Below are positions 28,158 through 36,635 of a DNA stretch of 42,650 nucleotides, in pieces. The stretch's first letter is position 1, and each line of letters starts with the position of its first letter. Under the pieces are notes generated by a model. It was not told the origin of the DNA. It searched no databases and worked only from the letters and a program-made list of their open reading frames with translations. The translations under genes and the position numbers were made by a program. This DNA comes from an uncultured Muribaculaceae bacterium (GTDB taxonomy: Bacteria > Bacillota_I > Bacilli_A > RF39 > UBA660), in contig CAYJEL010000002.1 of NCBI GenBank assembly GCA_964369245.1, positions 1-42,650 on the forward strand. The letters are read 5' to 3'.

Positions 28158-28548
28158 CAGGATTTTCAAGTTCTCCGAAGTCGTTTTCTTCATTGAAAGT
28201 TTCTATTACTATTAATAAAATAATTAATCCAGCAACTACATTTAGAATTGAAGCAAATATATTTTTAATAAATATTTCTGTGTCAATTCTTTTTTCTTTG
28301 GCTAAATTATATGTTTGGTAATTAATATATAAAATAGAGATCAATATTAGAAATCCTACTATTCTATTTAATAGATTTAAGTTTCTATCGAATTCACTTG
28401 TGGTGAATGTTTTTTTATTTAATAGTTGAAGTTGTTCATTATAAGTTAAATATATTGAAATTAAAAGGGTTAATATAAAAAAAATTGACATTAAATTTTG
28501 TTTTTTTAACAAATATACTTCTTTAAAAATTATTGGTGATACTCTCAT
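28150..28548 (-). CDS. Hypothetical small membrane protein (about 3 TM)
   Basis: Hydrophobic ORF convergent with the previous gene and overlapping it by 8 nt. The start codon is uncertain. Confidence 0.45.
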   Translation of the reverse strand: MRVSPIIFKEVYLLKKQNLMSIFFILTLLISIYLTYNEQLQLLNKKTFTTSEFDRNLNLLNRIVGFLILISILYINYQTYNLAKEKRIDTEIFIKNIFASILNVVAGLIILLIVIETFNEENDFGELENPVT

Positions 28549-28635
28549 AGTAAAGTATATTTTAGTGTATTGATGTTTAGTAGTAAAACTGTTTATTTAT
28601 TTTTGTAAATGTGGTAAAATTAGGGTGGTGATACT

Positions 28636-29199
28636 ATGAATGCTTTTGATTTTGATAATACAATATATGATGGAGAGAGTTTATTTGATTTTTTTGTCTT
28701 TTGTTTGAAAAAAAAATTTAGATTACTTAAGTTTATGCCGCATTCGATGTGGATTTTATTTTTATATAAAATTAATAAATTGGATTTAAATAAATTAAAA
28801 AATCAAATTGAAAAAATAGTTAAAAGTTCTATTGATATTAAGAATTATGAACAGTTTGTTGAATTATTTTGGAAAGAAAATATTCATAAATTAAAACCTG
28901 AATTTATTCATATGTTAAAAGAAGATGATTTAATTATTACTGGTTGTCCTGATATATTATTTAATTACATTAAAGATAAAATTGTAGTTAAAAATATTAT
29001 TTGTTCTGAATTTGATTTAAAGAAAAATGAAATAAAATTTTTATGTTTAGGTGAAAATAAAGTTTTGGCTTTAAAAGAAAAGTATCCCGATATTTCTATA
29101 AGTCAGTTTTACACAGATTCTAAAATGGATCAGCCTCTAATGGATTTATCAAAGGAAGTTTTTTTGGTAAAAAAAAATCATATCTATAAGATAAAATAA
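28636..29199 (+). CDS. HAD-IB family hydrolase
   Basis: Motif I DFDNT at residues 5-9, motif II ITGCP and motif IV YTDSKMDQPL. Confidence 0.7.
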   Translation: MNAFDFDNTIYDGESLFDFFVFCLKKKFRLLKFMPHSMWILFLYKINKLDLNKLKNQIEKIVKSSIDIKNYEQFVELFWKENIHKLKPEFIHMLKEDDLIITGCPDILFNYIKDKIVVKNIICSEFDLKKNEIKFLCLGENKVLALKEKYPDISISQFYTDSKMDQPLMDLSKEVFLVKKNHIYKIK

Positions 29200-29244
29200 T
29201 ATAAAAATGTATAATGTGTGGTAAAATAAGAGAAGGTGATTTGT

Positions 29245-30319
29245 ATGGAAAGTAATGAGATTATAAATATATATAATAATTATGATAAACGATTAAAAGA
29301 ACTTGGGAGGTTACTTTGAAGTTGATTTAAAAAATAGTCGAATTCTTGAGTTAGAAAATATTATTAATGATGTGTCATTTTGGTCTAATCAAGATAGGAA
29401 AGTTATCGATGAATTAAGTGATTTAAAAAGAACTTTATCAAATTATAAAAATTTAGAAAATAGTTTAGATTTAGAACTTTTAAATTATTTGGAAGATGAA
29501 GAGGTCAAAAGTTTATTAATTTCTGAGGTTTATGAGATTGAGAATAAAATCAATGAGTTAGAAATTGAAATTTTATTAAATGGTGAATATGATAAGGGTG
29601 ATGCTATTTTAGAAATTCATCCTGGAGCTGGTGGTACTGAAAGTTGTGACTGGGCTTTAATGTTATATCGTATGTATACTAGATGGTGTGAGGATAAAAA
29701 TTATAATTATGATATTTTGGATTATCAAAAAGGTGATGAGGCAGGAATCAAATCTGTATCTATTCTTGTTCATGGTATAAATTGTTTTGGATATTTAAAA
29801 AATGAAAAAGGTGTTCATAGGCTAGTTCGTATATCTCCTTTTGATTCTAATTCGAGAAGACACACTTCATTTGCTTCGGTTGAGGTTATACCGTATATTG
29901 ATAGTAAAACTGTTGTACTTGATATAAAAGATGTTGATTTAAAAATTGATGTTTATAGAAGTAGTGGTGCGGGAGGTCAAAGTGTTAATACGACTGATTC
30001 AGCTGTACGTATAACTCATTTACCAACAAAAACTGTTGTTACTTGTCAAAATGAAAGAAGTCAGATCAAAAATAAGGAAAAAGCAATGGAAATACTTTTA
30101 AATAAGTTATACTTATTGGAAGAAGAAAAAAAACAAAAAGAGTTGAATGATTTAAAAGGTGTTCAAACTGAAATTAATTTTGGTTCACAGATTAGAAGTT
30201 ATGTAATGCATCCTTATTCTATGGTTAAGGATCATCGTACTGGAGCTGAAACTAGTAATGTTTTAAAAGTATTAGATGGTGATATAGATTTATTTATAAA
30301 TAAAAGTTTGAAAGGTTAG
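29245..30319 (+). CDS. prfB: Peptide chain release factor 2 (programmed +1 frameshift at 29314-29320)
   Basis: Frame 0 runs ATG 29245 ... GGGAGG TTA CTT TGA, with the in-frame stop at 29317-29319. The +1 frame continues GAA GTT GAT... to 30319. The SD-like GGGAGG lies 3 nt before CTT. The RF2 SPF and GGQ motifs are present downstream. Confidence 0.9.
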
Positions 30320-30322
30320 TGT

Positions 30323-31183
30323 ATGAAGGTATTAAAAAAAGATGTTTTTAAAGTTGATAAACATAGTTTATTTGACTTTGCTATTTTATTGTTAGGTGCT
30401 ACTATAATGGCTTTGGCATTTAATATATTTTTTATAACAAATGAAATTGTTGTAGGTTTTAGTGGGTTGTCTGTAGTTGCTAATCAATTATGGGGAATAA
30501 AACCTTCAGTTTTTATGGCTTGTGGTTATGCTATATTAATAGTATTAAGTTTGATTATTCTAGGATGGAAATCAACCCGCAGATCAGTGATTGGAAGTAT
30601 TTTATATCCTTTATTGGTTGAAGTAACTTCTTATTTAGCAGCTTATATAGTATTCAAAGATGTTGAAGTAATTTTATTAGTTTTATTTGGGGCTGTTGCT
30701 ATGGGATTTGGTTCTGGGCTTGTTTATAAAGTTAATTATTCAACTGGGGGAAGTGATATTATAAATCAAATCATTTCTAAATTTATTAAAAGACCTATTG
30801 GTTATAGTATGATATTATCAAATTGTTTTATTATAAGTGTTGGTTTTTTCACATTTGGATTTAATTCAGTTATTTATTCTTTATTGGCTGTTTATGTTAT
30901 GAGTATAGTGGTTGACAAAGTTATGATAGGAATTTCTGAATCTAAGAATTTTAGAATTATTACTGAATGTGAAACTGAAGTTAAAAAGTTTTTAATTAGT
31001 AGTTTAAGTCATGGTGTAACTGTTACTGAAGGACGTGGTGGTTATACTGGTAATGTTGTTAAAATAATTATGTGTGTTATTCCTACTAAGGAATATATGG
31101 TGGTAAAAGAAGGTATATTGAAAATTGATAAAAATGCTTTAATTTTGGTATCTGATGTTTATGAAGTAGTTGGAAATAAATAA
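30323..31183 (+). CDS. YitT family membrane protein (DUF2179 C-terminal domain)
   Basis: Five or six TM segments plus the C-terminal GVTVTEGRGGYTG motif. Confidence 0.8.
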   Translation: MKVLKKDVFKVDKHSLFDFAILLLGATIMALAFNIFFITNEIVVGFSGLSVVANQLWGIKPSVFMACGYAILIVLSLIILGWKSTRRSVIGSILYPLLVEVTSYLAAYIVFKDVEVILLVLFGAVAMGFGSGLVYKVNYSTGGSDIINQIISKFIKRPIGYSMILSNCFIISVGFFTFGFNSVIYSLLAVYVMSIVVDKVMIGISESKNFRIITECETEVKKFLISSLSHGVTVTEGRGGYTGNVVKIIMCVIPTKEYMVVKEGILKIDKNALILVSDVYEVVGNK

Positions 31184-31196
31184 AAGGGGTGAGGAT

Positions 31197-31892
31197 ATGA
31201 GTTTAATTCAAGTTAAGAATGTTAAAAAGACTTATAAAACTGGTGTGACAGCAGTTCATGATATGAGTTTAAGTATAAATAAAGGAGAATTTGTTTTTAT
31301 AATTGGTTCCACTGGATGTGGTAAATCAACTTTAATAAAAATGTTATATCGTGAGGAAAAACCTACATCTGGAATTATTAATATTGGAGGAATCAATGTT
31401 GGTAAATTAAGAAATTCTAAAGTATTTAAGATAAGAAGAAAAATTGGAGTAGTGTTTCAAGATTTTAAATTATTATCTAAGTCAACTGCTTATGAGAATG
31501 TAGCTTTTGCTTTAGAGATATTTGGTTTACCTAAATCGGAAATACATGCTAAAGTTGTAAAAGCGCTAGATTTGGTAGGTCTTAAAAATAAATCGAAAAG
31601 TTATCCAAATCAACTATCTGGTGGTGAACAACAAAGGGTTGCGATAGCAAGAGCAATTGTAAATGGACCAAAATTATTAATATGTGATGAGCCTACAGGT
31701 AACTTAGATGAAAATACTAGTATGGAAATAATGAAGGTTTTGGATGAAATTAGTAAATTGGGAACAACAATTATAATGGTTACTCATGATAAGGATATTG
31801 TTAATAAAATGAAAAAAAGAGTTATTTTATTAGATTCTGGACGTATTGTTAAGGATTTTTCAGAAGGGGAGTATAGCAATGAAAGTATTTAG
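31197..31892 (+). CDS. ftsE: Cell division ATP-binding protein FtsE
   Basis: Walker A GSTGCGKST, signature LSGGEQQRVAIARA and Walker B LLICDEPTGNLD. The ATG at 31197 follows RBS AAGGGGTGAGGA. Confidence 0.92.
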   Translation: MSLIQVKNVKKTYKTGVTAVHDMSLSINKGEFVFIIGSTGCGKSTLIKMLYREEKPTSGIINIGGINVGKLRNSKVFKIRRKIGVVFQDFKLLSKSTAYENVAFALEIFGLPKSEIHAKVVKALDLVGLKNKSKSYPNQLSGGEQQRVAIARAIVNGPKLLICDEPTGNLDENTSMEIMKVLDEISKLGTTIIMVTHDKDIVNKMKKRVILLDSGRIVKDFSEGEYSNESI

Positions 31893-32781
31893 GATTTTAT
31901 TTAGAAATATAAGAGATTCTTTCAAAAGTATTTTTAGGAATTTTTCATTGTCTTTAGCTTCGTTAATTAGTATTATAATTACTTTATTAGTTGTTGCATT
32001 ATCAATTATTTTATCTTTAAATATAAATAATTTTACTAGAGAAGTTGAAAAAGATTTAACTATTGTTGTTTTTTTAGATGCTGATGTTAGTTTAGAAAGA
32101 ATAGATGAAATAGATGATGAGATTAAATTATTAAATAATATTTCTAGTTATGAATTTATTGATAAAATGCAAGTTCGTGATGAAATGATGGCTAGTAGTG
32201 AAGCTTATGAAAGTTTATTAGCTAAGTATGAAACAAGAGAAGAAAATCCTTTATCTGATTCTTATAATGTTAAAGTTGTTGATGTTAATAGTTTAGAAAG
32301 TGTTGCTTTAGAATTAATGGAAATTGATGATGTTATAAGTGTTAAATATGGAGAGGGATTAATTGAACAACTTATTTCTGTATTTACTACTATCAGAACT
32401 GTTAGTTTATGGGTTGTTGTTTCATTAGTAGCAGTTACAGCATTTTTAATTACTAATACTATTAAAATAACTATTTTTTCAAGAAAAAGGGAAATTGAAA
32501 TTATGCGTTTAGTTGGTGCTTCTAATATAAATATTAAAATTCCATTTATTTTAGAAGGTTTATTTATTGGTTTATTTGGATCTATTATTCCAATAATAGC
32601 TACAATAATTGGTTATGAAAAATTTTATGTAGCATTTAGTCTACAAGATATTTCACCTTTTATAAAATTGTTAGAACCAATGCCATTTTCTTTAATGGTA
32701 TCAGGAATATTACTAGTTATAGGAGTATTTGTTGGTATGATTGGATCATGGTTAGCGGTAAGAAAACACTTAAAAGTTTAG
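31879..32781 (+). CDS. ftsX: Cell division permease-like protein FtsX
   Basis: TM1, a ~110-aa extracellular loop domain, then three C-terminal TM segments. Overlaps ftsE by 14 nt. Confidence 0.88.
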   Translation: MKVFRILFRNIRDSFKSIFRNFSLSLASLISIIITLLVVALSIILSLNINNFTREVEKDLTIVVFLDADVSLERIDEIDDEIKLLNNISSYEFIDKMQVRDEMMASSEAYESLLAKYETREENPLSDSYNVKVVDVNSLESVALELMEIDDVISVKYGEGLIEQLISVFTTIRTVSLWVVVSLVAVTAFLITNTIKITIFSRKREIEIMRLVGASNINIKIPFILEGLFIGLFGSIIPIIATIIGYEKFYVAFSLQDISPFIKLLEPMPFSLMVSGILLVIGVFVGMIGSWLAVRKHLKV

Positions 32782-32793
32782 GAGAGTGATTTT

Positions 32794-34044
32794 ATGGATA
32801 TTTGTAATAATCCAGATGTTTTATCTATATTTTATATTATTACAACGTTTGTTGAAATAGCTATGTTTGCAGCACCTGTTATTTTAATTATTTTGATTAT
32901 GATTGATTTAATTAAAGGTATAGCAGGTGATCCTGATAAAATGAAAAGTACTAGAAAAAATATCATAACTAGAATTATAGCTGTTGTTATTTTGTTATTA
33001 GTACCTTTAACTATTGAGTTTTCACAAGGTTTAATGGGAGAAACAGAATTAGAGTATTTACAATGTTTTACGAATGCTAATATAGATGAGATAAATGATA
33101 TTAGATATTCACAAGCAGAGGAAGCTTTAGCTTTAGCGGAAAGTAAACAAACTAGATATTATTATGATGCGGCTTCTTTATTGGTAGCTAAAATAACTGA
33201 TAGTGATGATAAGGATGATTTTACTAATCGTTTGGAAACTTTAAATAATATTATCACTTCTATTGAACAAGGTAAATTAAAACCTTTCACATCTGAAGAT
33301 TTAATTTTTGGTAATACTGGAAATGTTGGTGGAACTGGTAGTTTAACTGTTTCTGGTTATTATACTGATGGTAAAGCTTCTGGGTGTACTGGTGGAGGAG
33401 CTTTGTATACCAAACAACCAGATCCTGCGATAGCAATTAATTATTGGGATGAACAAGGTTTACTTGATGCGTCTGATTTTATTTATCCGGAAGCAACGGA
33501 TGGGACATCTTTAGGAGCTTGGCCAGCTAATTTTAGAGAAATACCTGAACAACTTACAAATATGACTTTTTATAATGGAAATATTATTTGGCCGGTTGAA
33601 CCTTTAAATGGTATAGTTGCAGGTAATTATGGTCATAATGGACCTGAATATGGTTATGATATTACCACTGAAATGGGAGCACCAGTATATGCGCCTGCAT
33701 CCGGAACTCTAGTTTACTCAGAATGGGGAAATACAACTTATAGGAGGTGTCAAGATACAGCTTATTCAGTAAGGATTGAACTTGATACTCCTGTACAAAT
33801 CGATGATGTTTATGTTGAATATATTTTTATAACTCATTTAATGGGAATTGTACAACATTGTCCAAGAAGTACTTGTGAAACTCAAGTAAAAGTAGGTCAA
33901 TTAATCGGATTTGCTGGACATGCAAATGAGCCACATTTACATTTAACTTTTTATGATAAAAATATAAAACGCGGTGTGAATAGTGACTTTTTTGACACTT
34001 TTTATAATACTGATCAAGGTCTTGAAAAAGGAGTTGGTCAATAA
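32794..34044 (+). CDS. Membrane-anchored M23/LytM-domain peptidase paralog 1 (2-TM hairpin, helical stalk, M23 domain)
   Basis: Two N-terminal TM helices flank a K/R-rich loop, followed by a helical region. The C-terminal M23 motifs are HNGPEYGYD, GAPVYAPASG, FITHLMG and PHLHLTFY. Starts 12 nt after ftsX. Confidence 0.8.
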   Translation: MDICNNPDVLSIFYIITTFVEIAMFAAPVILIILIMIDLIKGIAGDPDKMKSTRKNIITRIIAVVILLLVPLTIEFSQGLMGETELEYLQCFTNANIDEINDIRYSQAEEALALAESKQTRYYYDAASLLVAKITDSDDKDDFTNRLETLNNIITSIEQGKLKPFTSEDLIFGNTGNVGGTGSLTVSGYYTDGKASGCTGGGALYTKQPDPAIAINYWDEQGLLDASDFIYPEATDGTSLGAWPANFREIPEQLTNMTFYNGNIIWPVEPLNGIVAGNYGHNGPEYGYDITTEMGAPVYAPASGTLVYSEWGNTTYRRCQDTAYSVRIELDTPVQIDDVYVEYIFITHLMGIVQHCPRSTCETQVKVGQLIGFAGHANEPHLHLTFYDKNIKRGVNSDFFDTFYNTDQGLEKGVGQ

Positions 34045-34712
34045 TGGATAAAAAAATTAAATTAATGTTGATAGTGTTAGGTGTATTTGTTGTAATAGTT
34101 TTATCTTTGTCTTTTATTGGTTCTCTTTATAATAGAGATGTTAAATATTATAAAAATATTTCTGATATAGTTATTGGAATGTATAGAAGTCCTGAGTATG
34201 ATAATTCTGGTATTTCAAAAGAAGATAAAAAGTATTTAGAAAGTTACTTAGCAACATTAACTCATGAAAATCATATTGTTGATTTAAGTAAGTTTATGGA
34301 AGGTGCGGATAGTACTAGTGCTTCTAATTCTCCTAATGTTTTTATAGAAAATAATAAGTGTTTTATAAAATATGATGATTTAAATTTTGTATATGAATAT
34401 AACGATGAAGAAGATTTCGAACAAGGACATAATCATGGAACTTCTGATCAGTTAATAATACTTAATTGTATGGGCAAAGAGCTTTTGATTAATAATTATG
34501 ACTTTTATCCTGAGTATAATGAGACTTTAGAAAATCCGTTGTATGATTACAATTTTATTGGTTATACTGAAGAAGATAATATATTTAATTCTTTTTATAG
34601 ATCAATTTATAACGGTTCTACTGTTATATTAGAAATTAAGTTAAATAATAATGATATTGAAAGTATAGAAGTTAGGCCTGTAAATATTAATAATTATGAA
34701 ATAATAAATTAA
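34044..34712 (+). CDS. Partner protein 1: N-terminally anchored extracytoplasmic protein of unrecognised family
   Basis: TAATG overlap with paralog 1. One N-terminal TM. Motifs shared with the other two partners: YYKNIS, YL.TLTHEN, PEY.ETLENP..DY..IGY and FYRSIY. Confidence 0.75.
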   Translation: MDKKIKLMLIVLGVFVVIVLSLSFIGSLYNRDVKYYKNISDIVIGMYRSPEYDNSGISKEDKKYLESYLATLTHENHIVDLSKFMEGADSTSASNSPNVFIENNKCFIKYDDLNFVYEYNDEEDFEQGHNHGTSDQLIILNCMGKELLINNYDFYPEYNETLENPLYDYNFIGYTEEDNIFNSFYRSIYNGSTVILEIKLNNNDIESIEVRPVNINNYEIIN

Positions 34713-34723
34713 GGAGTGTGTTT

Positions 34724-35983
34724 ATGGAAATCTGTAATAATCCAGATGTTTTATCTATATTTTATATAATTACAACGTTTGTTGAAATAGCTATGTTTGC
34801 AGCACCTGTTATTTTAATTATTTTGATTATGATTGATTTAATTAAAGGTATAGCAGGTGATCCTGATAAAATGAAAAGTACTAGAAAGAATATTATAACT
34901 AGAATTATAGCGGTTGTAATATTGTTGTTAGTACCATTAACTATTGAGTTCTCGCAGAATTTAATGGGAGAAACAGAATTAGAGTATTTACAATGTTTTA
35001 CGAATGCGAATATAGATGAGATAAATGATATTAGATATTCACTAGCAGAGGAAGCTTTATCTTTAGCTGAAAGTAAACAAACGAGATATTATTATGATGC
35101 TGCTTCTTTATTAGTAGCTAAAATAACTGATAGTGATGATAAGGATGATTTTACTAATCGTTTGGAAACTTTAAATAATATTATAACTTCTATTGAAAAT
35201 GATAAGTTGAAGCCTTTTACTTCTGAAGATTTAATTTTTGGTAATACTGGTAATGTCGGTGGTGAAGGTAGTTTAGATGTTGTGGGTTATGGAAGTGATG
35301 GTAAAGATTATGGTTGTACTAGTGGTGGACAATTAAGTTCTGAACCTGATCCGTCACAAGTTATTAATTACTGGGATAGTAAAGGAATGTTAGATGCAGA
35401 TGATTATATTTACCCAGCTGTTAATGGAGAGCTTTATGGTGCATGGCCTGCAAATTATAAAGAATATCCATCACAATTAACTAATGTTAAAACATATAAT
35501 GGTTTAAGTTATCCAATAACTTCTGATTATCATGGTACAGAAGGGAAGTACCAATTCGTATATCAACACAATGGAATTGATTTTATGTCTTCAATTGGAA
35601 CACCTGTTTATTCACCAGTTGATGGTACTTTAGAATACTCTGAGTGGGGACATACAACATATCGTGGGTGTGATGAAAATGCTTATTCTATTACTATTAA
35701 TATGGATGAATCTGTAACTTTTAATGGCTATACTTTTGATACGGTGTTTTTAACTCATTTAAGTGGAATAGTTTTTAGATGTTCAAGAAATGAGTGTAAT
35801 CAAGAAATTAAAGCTGGTCAATTGATTGGATTTGTTGGTAATGCTGTTGGTGGTTTTGGAGGTTATGCTCCACATTTACATATGACTTTATATGGTGGAA
35901 GTTATAGTTCTGGGTTGAAATCTACTGTTATTGAAAATTTATATGATATAACTTCTGGTGATATTAGGATGGCTGGTGAATAA
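34724..35983 (+). CDS. Membrane-anchored M23/LytM-domain peptidase paralog 2
   Basis: The N-terminal ~178 aa are nearly identical to paralog 1. The divergent M23 domain has the canonical HNGID, then GTPVYSPVDG, LTHLSG and PHLHMTLY. The ATG at 34724 lies 7 nt after AAGGAG. Confidence 0.8.
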   Translation: MEICNNPDVLSIFYIITTFVEIAMFAAPVILIILIMIDLIKGIAGDPDKMKSTRKNIITRIIAVVILLLVPLTIEFSQNLMGETELEYLQCFTNANIDEINDIRYSLAEEALSLAESKQTRYYYDAASLLVAKITDSDDKDDFTNRLETLNNIITSIENDKLKPFTSEDLIFGNTGNVGGEGSLDVVGYGSDGKDYGCTSGGQLSSEPDPSQVINYWDSKGMLDADDYIYPAVNGELYGAWPANYKEYPSQLTNVKTYNGLSYPITSDYHGTEGKYQFVYQHNGIDFMSSIGTPVYSPVDGTLEYSEWGHTTYRGCDENAYSITINMDESVTFNGYTFDTVFLTHLSGIVFRCSRNECNQEIKAGQLIGFVGNAVGGFGGYAPHLHMTLYGGSYSSGLKSTVIENLYDITSGDIRMAGE

Positions 35984-36624
35984 TGGAAAAAAATATTAAA
36001 AGACTTTTAATTGCGTTTGGTATTGTTGTTTTAATATTAGTTATTTTGTTATTGTTAAATTTTGTTTACAAAAGAGATGAAAAGTATTATAAAAATATAT
36101 CTGAGGTAGTTATTTCATTATTTGATAGTAGTGATTATTCTACATCAGGTATCAATAAAAGTGATATTATTAAAATAGATGAGTATTTATCAACTTTAAC
36201 ACATGAAAATGAGTTAGTTAATTTAAATAAGTTTATTGATGATAATACTGATTATAATAAAAATTGGAATAATTCAGAGGGAGTTATTGTTGAGAATAAT
36301 GTGTGTTATATTTATTATGGTGATATTGATTTTAAGTTGATAGAAGATGTGACAGTAGAAAATTCAGCTGTTATATATTGTGATGGTTATCAAATTAAAA
36401 TTTATGAAGATAGCTTTATGCCAGAATATTCGGAAACTTTAGAAAATCCTGTTCATGATTATGTTTATATTGGATATAATTTTACTTTAGATAATTACAT
36501 TGGTTTTTATCGTTCTATATATGATGGTAGTGAGATTGGTGTTTTTATTAATTTAAGTGATACTGAAATAGATGTTATTGAAGTTAATGGTGTTAATTTT
36601 AATGATTATAATATTATAAAATAA
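35983..36624 (+). CDS. Partner protein 2
   Basis: TAATG overlap with paralog 2. Same architecture and motifs as partners 1 and 3, but it is the most divergent of the three. Confidence 0.75.
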   Translation: MEKNIKRLLIAFGIVVLILVILLLLNFVYKRDEKYYKNISEVVISLFDSSDYSTSGINKSDIIKIDEYLSTLTHENELVNLNKFIDDNTDYNKNWNNSEGVIVENNVCYIYYGDIDFKLIEDVTVENSAVIYCDGYQIKIYEDSFMPEYSETLENPVHDYVYIGYNFTLDNYIGFYRSIYDGSEIGVFINLSDTEIDVIEVNGVNFNDYNIIK

Positions 36625-36635
36625 GGGGTGTATGT

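Noticed and set aside
27315-28548. Convergent, 8-nt-overlapping membrane protein genes after spo0A, considered as a possible toxin-antitoxin or sporulation module.
   Set aside because: There are no recognisable motifs, no repeats and no unusual sequence features beyond hydrophobicity, so nothing supports a specific claim.
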